A stretch of 64,000 nt of DNA. It comes from Vampirovibrionaceae bacterium NZW_1234 (GTDB lineage: Bacteria; Cyanobacteriota; Vampirovibrionia; Vampirovibrionales; JAGQHJ01). This document shows positions 56,148 through 64,000 of the stretch, one piece after another. Numbering within the stretch: the stretch's first letter is position 1; each line of letters starts with the position of its first letter. The stretch covers positions 160,001-224,000 of the forward strand of contig JBGUGD010000030.1 in NCBI GenBank assembly GCA_041697335.1. The letters run 5' to 3'. The notes below the pieces were generated by a model that was not told the origin of the DNA, ran no database searches, and saw only the letters and a program-made list of their open reading frames with translations. A program made the position numbers and the translations under genes.

Positions 56148-56348
56148 GTGTTTTGACTCGTTTTAACTCATTTTTACTCAGGTTTTTTTGTTTTTGTGTG
56201 ATTTTGCCTCGTTTTTACTCAGGCTTTTTTGTTTTTGTGTGATTTTGACTCATTTTTGCTCAAGGTTTTTTTGCTTTGTGTGATTTTGACTCGCTTTTAC
56301 TCAGGTTTTTTTGTTTTTACGTGATTTTGACTCATTTTTGCTCAGGGT
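56148..56348. repeat. 41-bp non-coding tandem repeat (about 4.5-5 units)
   Basis: Consensus gtgattttgactcgtttttactcaggtttttttgtttttgt; units start at 56198, 56239, 56280, 56321, plus a degenerate upstream unit. Confidence 0.9.
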
Positions 56349-56562
56349 TTGATAGTCTGGCTTCGGGTGATCCCCCTCCAAGGCGGGCCGTTTTCCGGGG
56401 GCAGCTCTGGGGAGGCGCTGGGTTTGTGTGAAGATGACTGAAGTCTTGGCTTGATAAGCATATGGTGGTGCTTATCAGCATTATTCCAAGTTTTTTCTGA
56501 ATTTAAACCTGCATGTCCTTGGTAAAAAGCGGCTTTGGATACTTTGGCTTCCGCCAGGACAA

Positions 56563-57207
56563 TTAGCCGTTGGTCCAGGGCAGGATGTAGTCGGGGTCTG
56601 TGACGCTCTCGGGTAGCCGATCGTTGGTCAGAATGGCGGAACTGGCAAAGCGACGCGTGGTGATGCGTCCGCCAAAGAACAGCATCAGGCTAATGGCCGG
56701 TTGAGGGCCATCGGCGTCGGGATCCATAATGAAGCGAACGGCATGGGTATTCAGGCCCGGGGTCTGACCTGTCGGGGCAAACTTGGCGGTGGAATCATAC
56801 TGGAGCACCCCCCCGCTGTTTAACAGCAGGCACGGGGTGGTCGCATCGCAAGGGGTTCTAAACAAGGCACAACTTGAAGCACCAGCCTGCAGGCAGGTCC
56901 CGTTGGCTGGGGTGTTGGTGACATTTTGAAGCTGGGTGGAGGTGCTGCCGTTGGAGATCCGTCGGACGTGATCCATTTTCAGGGCAATGGTTTGGGCGGT
57001 GGTGTCTGCGGTGGAGGGGGTTTCACTCAGCAAGGTTGCATAACCTTGGCCCAGGGCAGAGGCACTGTTTTTGGCAATATCCATAAACTTTTCCTGCCCC
57101 ACGTTTTGAAACAGGACAGGAATGAGCATGGTTGCCAGAACCCCAATCAGGGCAATGGTAATCAGGATTTCCACTAAAGTAAAACCGTTAGAAAAGCACC
57201 GTCTCAT
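56563..57207 (-). CDS. Type IV pilin/T2SS pseudopilin-like protein
   Basis: NG|FTLVEILITIALIGVLATMLIP N-methylation motif; four Cys in the head domain. Confidence 0.85.
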   Translation of the reverse strand: MRRCFSNGFTLVEILITIALIGVLATMLIPVLFQNVGQEKFMDIAKNSASALGQGYATLLSETPSTADTTAQTIALKMDHVRRISNGSTSTQLQNVTNTPANGTCLQAGASSCALFRTPCDATTPCLLLNSGGVLQYDSTAKFAPTGQTPGLNTHAVRFIMDPDADGPQPAISLMLFFGGRITTRRFASSAILTNDRLPESVTDPDYILPWTNG

Positions 57208-57303
57208 CGAAAACAACTCCCAGGGGTAACCCCAACTCACGACCAATCCGAAGATAGATTTCGTATCGACCAGGCGGGGGAAAGCTTTAACGTCCACCCC
57301 AGA

Positions 57304-57801
57304 TTACGGCGTATTGACCGAGGCCGGCACCGCGGAGGAGCCACCCTCTGTGGCGAAATATTGATCGCCCAGAAGCTGTTTCATGCGTTGGATTTCGACC
57401 CGGGCTTGGGCAGCATAGGGGCTGGTGGGGAAGTTGCTTTGAATGTAGTTGTAGAAATCGAAGGCGTCATCATACATTTCCCGGCTCTTAAACAGGCGGC
57501 CAGCCTGGTAGGCGGGTTTTACCAGGAGCTGGCTGGTGGGATAATCCCGGATCAGGTCCAGCAACTGAAGTTTGACGTCCATGGCCTGGGCCACGTCATC
57601 GGGCGAAAACAGGCCTCGCGCCGCACTTTTTTGCTCTAACGGGGTGAGCACTTGGGTAATGGGATCCAGGACTTTTTGAACTTCCTTGTCGGCTTTGCTG
57701 AGCTTTTTCTTTGATGCGGCCAAGGCCGGATCAATGGCGGTTAACAAGATTAGCGCCACGAGAAAGAGAACTAACAAATTCTGTGCAAACACAATAAACA
57801 C
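57304..57801 (-). CDS. Exported TPR protein (CpoB/BamD-like C-terminus)
   Basis: Signal peptide ending ALA; YPTS...AYQAGRLF...FPTSPYAAQA. Confidence 0.7.
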   Translation of the reverse strand: MFIVFAQNLLVLFLVALILLTAIDPALAASKKKLSKADKEVQKVLDPITQVLTPLEQKSAARGLFSPDDVAQAMDVKLQLLDLIRDYPTSQLLVKPAYQAGRLFKSREMYDDAFDFYNYIQSNFPTSPYAAQARVEIQRMKQLLGDQYFATEGGSSAVPASVNTP

Positions 57802-58140
57802 ACCCTGCTAACTCTGATTACTCTAACTGCTTGGTGACATCAATCACACGGACTCTTCATGTTTATTGTAAAAGATTTTCCCAAAATGCCATTCCTCTGT
57901 TCAGAGGAGCTCTCCGATGGCTGGGGGAGTTCAGGTGGGTTTTTATCGTCCGGGTGTGGGACGCATTTCTCCCCCAAGGGGAGGAAATTGCGGGGGAAAT
58001 GGTGCTGAGTCCGACAAGACCAAAACGGCCCAGAGAGTCCTTCAGGCAAAAGGTTTTGGGAGATTTTCGACCCATTGCCACCTGTTATAATGTAACTTAC
58101 TTTTTTAGCGTAGCGCTGACCAAAGGACGCGATATTGCTC

Positions 58141-59175
58141 GTGAATAAACGCAAACAAAGCTCGGGTACAACCAAAGAAAATCCGTTTCCTAAAGATGAC
58201 CTCGTTGAAGATATGGAGGATGAAGCCCTCGGATTTGACGACGGGGACGATCATGTCGATATTTACGACCAACTGGAAGAGGAGCCGGATGAAGATGAGG
58301 ACGGGGCCAAGGATCTGACCGAACGCACCGCAGCGGACGATTCGGTCAAGATTTACCTGCAGCAAATCGGTCGCGTCAAGCTCTTGTCCGCCGATGAAGA
58401 AATTGAATTGGCCAAGCGCATTGCCGAAGGCGATGAGGTGGCCAAACAAAAGCTGATTCAAGCCAACCTGCGCCTTGTGGTGAGTATTGCCAAGAAGTAT
58501 ATCGGACGGGGACTGTCTTTTCTGGATCTGATCCAAGAGGGAAACCTCGGTCTGATCCGGGCCGCAGAAAAGTTCGATTATCGCCGGGGCTTTAAATTTT
58601 CGACCTATGCGACCTGGTGGATTCAGCAGTCCATTACCCGAGGCATTGCCGATAAGTCTCGGACCATTCGCCTGCCGGTTCACATGATTGAGACCATTGG
58701 GAAGTTGAAACGGGTTTCTCGGGAGTTGACCCTGGAATTGGGGCGGACCCCGACGAAAGAAGAACTGGCTCAGCGGATGGGCGTCTCCTTAGCCAAGCTG
58801 CGTCTCGTGCTTAAGGCCACCCAATCCACCATTAGTCTGGAAACGCCTTTGAACACCAAGGACGAGGCCTCCAAGATTGGGGATTTTCTGGTGGATGAAA
58901 GCATGGAGTCTCCTGACAGCCGGGTTTCCAATGAAAGCCTGGTGTCCGAGTTGGAAAAAATCTTGTCGACCTTGCGCCCTCGCGAGCGCGATGTGTTGAA
59001 GCTTCGCTTTGGCTTAAATGACGGCAATAAGCGGACGCTGGAAGAAATCGGCCAGCTTTTCGGGGTCTCTCGGGAGCGGGTGCGTCAGATTGAGACTCGG
59101 GCCTTGAACAAGTTACGCAAAATGTGCCGTAACAACCGCAGCATCCGAAGCTTGCGAAACTATTTAGGCGGTTAG
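58141..59175 (+). CDS. RNA polymerase sigma-70 factor, RpoD/SigA family (group 1 or 2)
   Basis: Region 1.2 [44 protein letters not shown], region 4.2 SRERVRQIE. Confidence 0.93.
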   Translation: MNKRKQSSGTTKENPFPKDDLVEDMEDEALGFDDGDDHVDIYDQLEEEPDEDEDGAKDLTERTAADDSVKIYLQQIGRVKLLSADEEIELAKRIAEGDEVAKQKLIQANLRLVVSIAKKYIGRGLSFLDLIQEGNLGLIRAAEKFDYRRGFKFSTYATWWIQQSITRGIADKSRTIRLPVHMIETIGKLKRVSRELTLELGRTPTKEELAQRMGVSLAKLRLVLKATQSTISLETPLNTKDEASKIGDFLVDESMESPDSRVSNESLVSELEKILSTLRPRERDVLKLRFGLNDGNKRTLEEIGQLFGVSRERVRQIETRALNKLRKMCRNNRSIRSLRNYLGG

Positions 59176-59332
59176 GTCCGGTTTTGTAGTTTTATGTAAA
59201 TTTGAATATAAATTATATTGAGTTTGTGCTGTGTTGTCGCTATAACAAAAGCATGGGACTGTTCCATGAGGTTGGGAAAGGACGCCTTCTCGCTCTGGAG
59301 ATTCCCCAAAGTAAGACGGACAATGTGCTGCT

Positions 59333-60628
59333 GTGGTTATTGCGTTCAACTCGGTTAAACCCTTTTCAGCCGGCTCTGCTACTCGACCTGTGGCAACGCC
59401 CGTGTCATGGGCTTCCTCGTCCCAGCGCCGGTTTGCATCTCAAACATCGACAGATTCTTTACGACTCTCTTCGTCACAGTCCACGAATTTACTTCAAAAA
59501 TACGGCATTGATCCCGAGCGGGTGTCCGTGACCTCCTGGGATGATCGGGGGTTGGATCCTGACTTGGCAACAGCGATCCACCGTCAGAAAGTCACCTTGA
59601 TCACCCATGCCCTTGAAGCCCACGAGCTTGCCTTAAAACACCAGGCCCTAGGGAACTACTCCAACGATTATCGGGCCACGCATATTTCACTGAAAAACGG
59701 CACGACCGCCATGGCGACCAACCTGGAATTGAACGAAGGTAAATCTACGCCCTGTGGCGAGCGTTCTGCGGTGATTGCTGCCGTGAATCAGGCGATTCGG
59801 GCGCTGCCTTTGGCTCGGCTGCAGCAGGCCAGCGGTTCTGATATCGCAATGATCAGCGAGGGCTTAAAGGCCAATGTGTTGGTGATGGCCACCAGCAACC
59901 TGAAAGACTATGCGGAAGTATGCTCCGATTGTGAAACCTGGATGGCGGATAAGAAACTGTTTTCACCGGATACCCTCTTTGTCAGTCTGGGGCAAACCCC
60001 TCACGGAGCCTTTTCGTTGCGGGTTCAACGCTTGATCGATCGGATGCCCCGATGGGGCAAACAGCACCCTTCCGTGTTTACCGACGGCCAGACCTTTGAA
60101 ACAGCCAATGTTGACCCGCTTCTCTCGAAACGGGCTCAGCAGGTGCTGGCGGCCAAACCCTACTTGGTTTCCCAGGTGCAGCCGCTGCTTCAGCAAGCCA
60201 AGGCCGAATTCGATGCCAACCGAACGGCATGGGCGCCCGAGCGTAATACCGCTGCTGCTGTGATGCTGTCCTCCAGCACGTCTACGTTGCCGACTCTTCA
60301 CCGCTATGCGGCCCCTCTTTTTAGCTGGAAGCGGCGCTGGTATGAAGCGCCGGATTTGCTCGCGGCCAGCTGGGGGTATCAGGATTTAACCAACCGCTTG
60401 CAGGCCCAGGATGTCCGAATTCAAGCTGTGGCCTATTATGGAAACGATTCCCAGTTCCCGCTGCCCACCAATTTGGGACGTCTGGCCCAAGCAACCCGAG
60501 GCGGGCTGGATACCTTGGTGGTGGTCCTTGAGCATAACCGGATCCATGTCAGAACGATTGCCGATTATCTCCCTCGGACCTCTGTTTCCAACGGCACGCC
60601 TGGCTCCTCCAACCGGTCTTATGCCTAG
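59333..60628 (+). CDS. Cytidine-deaminase-like protein (tandem CDA fold) with N-terminal leader
   Basis: GNYS, TNLE, PCGERSA and VCSDC zinc ligands; degenerate second domain ending TIADYLP. Confidence 0.65.
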   Translation: MVIAFNSVKPFSAGSATRPVATPVSWASSSQRRFASQTSTDSLRLSSSQSTNLLQKYGIDPERVSVTSWDDRGLDPDLATAIHRQKVTLITHALEAHELALKHQALGNYSNDYRATHISLKNGTTAMATNLELNEGKSTPCGERSAVIAAVNQAIRALPLARLQQASGSDIAMISEGLKANVLVMATSNLKDYAEVCSDCETWMADKKLFSPDTLFVSLGQTPHGAFSLRVQRLIDRMPRWGKQHPSVFTDGQTFETANVDPLLSKRAQQVLAAKPYLVSQVQPLLQQAKAEFDANRTAWAPERNTAAAVMLSSSTSTLPTLHRYAAPLFSWKRRWYEAPDLLAASWGYQDLTNRLQAQDVRIQAVAYYGNDSQFPLPTNLGRLAQATRGGLDTLVVVLEHNRIHVRTIADYLPRTSVSNGTPGSSNRSYA

Positions 60629-60656
60629 CGGGTCTGACCCATACAAAGCTTGCTCT

Positions 60657-60685
60657 TAGACAAGCCGGTGTGGGCCGATTATAAT
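60657..60685 (+). promoter_or_regulatory. Sigma-70-type promoter of ybaB-recR
   Basis: TAGACA-N17-TATAAT. Confidence 0.6.
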
Positions 60686-60728
60686 AAGGGCACTGTTGAT
60701 GTAGAGGCAATCACCAAGGAGCAAGGCC

Positions 60729-61040
60729 ATGGGATTCGATATCCAGAAAATGCTGAAACAAGCCCAAAAAATGCAGGAACAAATGGCAGGGGTTCAGGAA
60801 GAACTTGCGAAGCTGGAAGTGACCGGGAGCGCTGGCGGCGGCGCGGTCACTATTGTTTGTGATGGTCGGGGCGAAACCAAATCCGTGAAAATTGCCAAAG
60901 AAGCCATGGATGATGCCGAGACCTTGCAAGAGCTCGTGCTGGCTGCGATTCGGGATTCTCAGAAAAAGGCCAGTGAATTGGCCCAGGAAAAAATGTCCGG
61001 TGTGACCCAAGGGCTCAAAATTCCAGGCTTGCCTTTCTAA
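60729..61040 (+). CDS. ybaB: YbaB/EbfC nucleoid-associated protein
   Basis: MLKQAQKMQ, GSAGGGAV, DAETLQELVLAA; upstream of recR. Confidence 0.92.
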   Translation: MGFDIQKMLKQAQKMQEQMAGVQEELAKLEVTGSAGGGAVTIVCDGRGETKSVKIAKEAMDDAETLQELVLAAIRDSQKKASELAQEKMSGVTQGLKIPGLPF

Positions 61041-61161
61041 GCGTGTTGCTTTGACTCCCGAAGCGACGCCAACCCTGAAATCGGGTGCATCCTGACGGTT
61101 GCTCCTGATGTCGTCCGAAGGCATAATAGAGATACGGTTTAACGCAACGTGAGACGTTCTG

Positions 61162-61758
61162 ATGTATACTCGTCCGCTGGCGCGGTTGATTGAAGAATTT
61201 CAAAAGCTCCCGGGTGTTGGGCCAAAGTCGGCTCAACGGCTTGCTTTCCATGTGCTTAAACGTTCGGAATCTGAAATCCAAGGCTTCTCCGAGGCCTTGA
61301 TTGATGCCAAGCGCCAAATTGGGCGTTGTTCCGTTTGCTATAATTTGTCGTGCCAAAACCCCTGTGAGATCTGTACTCATACGGGGCGCGATAGGACACT
61401 GCTGTGTGTGATTCCCGAGCCTCGCGATCTGTTTGCCCTGGAGCGAACCGGGGAATATAAGGGCCTGTATCATGTCCTGGACGGGCTGATTTCCCCCCTT
61501 GAAGGCATTGGTCCCCAGGAGCTTCGGGTCCAGGAACTGCTGAATCGTTTGGCGCCGGAGTCGGATATCCAGGAAGTGATTTTGGCTTTGCCCCCTTCTG
61601 TGGAGGGAGATACGACAAGCCTTTATCTGACCCGGATGTTGAAGCCCTCCGGGGTCAAGCTGTCTCGGATTGCCTTTGGCTTGCCTGTGGGTGGCGACAT
61701 TGAATATGCCGATGCGCTGACCTTGACTCGGGCCATGGCAGGGCGAATCAGCCTTTAA
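61162..61758 (+). CDS. recR: Recombination mediator RecR
   Basis: LPGVGPKSAQRLA, C4 zinc finger, YHVL..LISP, EGDTT, GLPVGGDIEYAD. Confidence 0.96.
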   Translation: MYTRPLARLIEEFQKLPGVGPKSAQRLAFHVLKRSESEIQGFSEALIDAKRQIGRCSVCYNLSCQNPCEICTHTGRDRTLLCVIPEPRDLFALERTGEYKGLYHVLDGLISPLEGIGPQELRVQELLNRLAPESDIQEVILALPPSVEGDTTSLYLTRMLKPSGVKLSRIAFGLPVGGDIEYADALTLTRAMAGRISL

Positions 61759-61802
61759 TCCAAAACCAACGGGTTTTTCTATTGACGTAGGGTGGCTGCG
61801 GC

Positions 61803-64000
61803 CTAAACCGGAAGCAGTGTGGCGGCTTTGCGTCCTTCGTTTAAGGCGGCAAAGGCCTGTTGAAAGCGAGCATCCTGCATCAGGGCGTCTAGGGTCAATG
61901 GCATTTTTTGGCGCCAGTTGGGGTAGCGCAATACGGGATAGGGGCGACCCTCTTCCGGTGCTTCATAAATGGGTTGCTCTGCCTCTGAAGAGCCAGGAAT
62001 GTTGACCTGCTTGACCATGCCAAGAATGTCTTCCAGCTGAACGATAAAGAGTTTGCACCGGATACGGGCCATAAACTGGTTTAAGGCCCGTGAAAAGGCC
62101 GTAAACTGCTCGGGAGCCGAGGTGCCGTTTTGTTCGACGACCTCGGGTGTAAAGCTTTGACGCAGCGATTCCAGGGAAATCTCCCCGGACAAAAGCTGCT
62201 CCTGCTGAAGGACCTGAATGAGCTTGCGTAAGGTATCCTCTTCGTCGTTCATCGCGACCTGCATATCTTCCGACCAGGTCTGGAAGGTGTTGGCCATCAG
62301 GTTCCAGTACCATTGGGTGATCATTCCTGCCAAGGTCGAGCTGTCATGCAGGCTGAAGGTTCCCAAGGCATAGGGTGGATAGGTTTCCGGAGGGGTGATG
62401 GGGTTGCCTTCTTGTTGACTGTCCTTTTGCCAGCGGCCCACACGGTAGGAGAACAGGCGCCATTCGGCCAGGGCTTCCGGAACCCCGGGGGGAACCGTTC
62501 CCAAATCTTCCCCAATGACCATACACTGGTTGCGATGGCTTTCCAAGGCAATGATGCCCAGGTACTCCTGGAGGTTGTTTTTGACGTAAAGCCCGTGCCG
62601 GGAATCGCGTGGGTTTTCAGGATTGGGTGTAATCCAGTAGAGACGGTTTAAGCCCAGCGCATGATCCACCCGCAAAATACCGGCATGGCGCATGCTGGTT
62701 CGGAGTAATTCGATAAACGGTTCATAGGCAGCTTGGCGTAGCTTTTGGGGATGGAACGGAGGCAGGCCCCAGTTTTGGCCCATCGGGCCGAGCTGATCCG
62801 GTGGGGCACCCACGGAAACGTCCAGGGCGTAAAGCTCCTGGTAGCGCCAGGTGTCAAAGCCGCCTCGATCTGCGCCCACAGGCAAATCCATGTACAGGCC
62901 CAATGCCAGACGGGCGTCCGGGTCGGTGTTCAGTGCCGCCAGCTGGGTGTCGGTGAGCCATTGAAGGTATTGGTAGAACTCAATTTGAGTCTGGTTTTCA
63001 GGCTGTTGCGCAAAGCGCTCGATAGCCGGGCTGTCCGGGGTCCGGTACTCTTCGGGCCAGTGGAACCAGGCTTGACCTTGAAACTGCTGTTGTAACGCCT
63101 GAAAGATGGCCAGTTGCGTGAGCAACGCGCCATGGTGAGTCTTATAGGCCTCAAAGGACCGGGCGTGCTCGGACTGGCTGAGATTGGCCTTAAAATAATC
63201 GAAGAGGTGTCTCAGGGTATTGAGTTTGACATAGCCCACGGCGTTGTATTGAACCGCATTGGCTGAGCGGGCTTGACTGAGGTGCTGTTGGGTTTCAGGG
63301 GCACTTAAGAAGGCCTGGCCTTCTGATGTTTTGGCCCAGTCGGCATAGCCGGGGACCTGGTGGGTATCCAGGTATAAGGGGTTTAAAAATAACCGGCTAA
63401 TGGGAGAGTACGGGCTCGCGGTGTCCGGGTAGACCAGATTGAGGGTTGTTAACGGATTCAAACCGACAAAAGAGCCGCCTTGGCTTTTGATCCATTGGTT
63501 GAATCGGTTTAAGGTTGTAAAATCCCCCATGCCTTCATAATGCGGGTGTGCATGGGGGTCTTCTTTAAGAGTATAGAGCTGAATGGCCGTGCCCCAGACT
63601 GGCGGCAGATTTTCGGGGACATAGGTTGTGGATGGGGTGACAATGAGTCGGGTCTGAGCCAGTATCGCTCCGTTTGTGCCATCCTGTAAGGCCAGCTGGT
63701 GGTAGCCAAGTGGGAGCTGACTGACGGCATCACTGCTGAGAACACTGGTCCGGCGGACGTATTCGGTGCCATGGATGTGGCGTGTGTGCGCGGCATCGGA
63801 CTCTTGCCAGTGACAAGGGTGCGATTGAGCCGACTGGGCTTCCGGCGTGATAAGCCAGGTCAAGGCGCGTGTTTGCCATTCTTGAGGCATGCTGACCGTC
63901 ACAAAGAGCCCATGGGCTTGTAAATCTTCAGTGCGAGCCACGATGACCGGATCCAAATACATCAACCAGGAGCTTTCTTCCAGGCGCTGGCGCTCGGCAT
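61803..64000 (-). CDS. malQ: 4-alpha-glucanotransferase (amylomaltase), 5' end beyond window
   Basis: WGTAIQLY, GMGDF, SPYSPISR, YMDLPVG, GAPPD..GQNWGLPP, LRVDHALG, IGEDLG, HD, NIPG, YPNWR; frame open to the window edge. Confidence 0.93.
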   Translation of the reverse strand, partial: AERQRLEESSWLMYLDPVIVARTEDLQAHGLFVTVSMPQEWQTRALTWLITPEAQSAQSHPCHWQESDAAHTRHIHGTEYVRRTSVLSSDAVSQLPLGYHQLALQDGTNGAILAQTRLIVTPSTTYVPENLPPVWGTAIQLYTLKEDPHAHPHYEGMGDFTTLNRFNQWIKSQGGSFVGLNPLTTLNLVYPDTASPYSPISRLFLNPLYLDTHQVPGYADWAKTSEGQAFLSAPETQQHLSQARSANAVQYNAVGYVKLNTLRHLFDYFKANLSQSEHARSFEAYKTHHGALLTQLAIFQALQQQFQGQAWFHWPEEYRTPDSPAIERFAQQPENQTQIEFYQYLQWLTDTQLAALNTDPDARLALGLYMDLPVGADRGGFDTWRYQELYALDVSVGAPPDQLGPMGQNWGLPPFHPQKLRQAAYEPFIELLRTSMRHAGILRVDHALGLNRLYWITPNPENPRDSRHGLYVKNNLQEYLGIIALESHRNQCMVIGEDLGTVPPGVPEALAEWRLFSYRVGRWQKDSQQEGNPITPPETYPPYALGTFSLHDSSTLAGMITQWYWNLMANTFQTWSEDMQVAMNDEEDTLRKLIQVLQQEQLLSGEISLESLRQSFTPEVVEQNGTSAPEQFTAFSRALNQFMARIRCKLFIVQLEDILGMVKQVNIPGSSEAEQPIYEAPEEGRPYPVLRYPNWRQKMPLTLDALMQDARFQQAFAALNEGRKAATLLPV

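Noticed and set aside
56148..56348. CRISPR array
   Set aside because: Units are contiguous near-identical repeats without unique spacers, and there are no cas genes in the window

Overview
Bacterial chromosomal window with about 55 protein genes and no rRNA, tRNA, CRISPR array or mobile element that I can recognise. The style of the pilin, hypothetical, MCE and AMIN/NAGPA proteins, together with the absence of photosynthesis genes, suggests a non-photosynthetic cyanobacterial relative (Vampirovibrionia/Melainabacteria); this taxonomic call is an inference. Ordinary content: type II NADH dehydrogenase, ftsB-like, deoB, leuS, bioB, nrnA, mazG, a leucine-catabolism (liu/mcc) cluster with birA, mlaD, tusA, pepA, holA/holB, a sigma-70 factor, ybaB-recR and malQ. 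The most striking element is a tight five-gene operon (35.8-46.0 kb): PrkA/YeaG AAA+, SpoVR, YeaH/YhbH vWA, a second PrkA AAA+, and a ClpP peptidase with an intact triad plus a ~130-aa coiled-coil insertion. All five proteins carry a 50-90 aa basic, Ser/Pro-rich N-terminal leader containing an R-F-[G/S/A] motif. The same kind of leader occurs on two nucleoside-deaminase-like proteins and several hypotheticals, and is absent from the housekeeping genes, which suggests a lineage-specific export or targeting signal. Other notable items: a candidate Fur-repressed sRNA with two anti-Shine-Dalgarno motifs (33.45-33.59 kb), a catalytically eroded PurH-like protein, a 41-bp T-tract tandem repeat, a Gly/Asn-rich 31-aa repeat protein, and recurring HLR1/RpaB-like direct repeats in intergenic regions.
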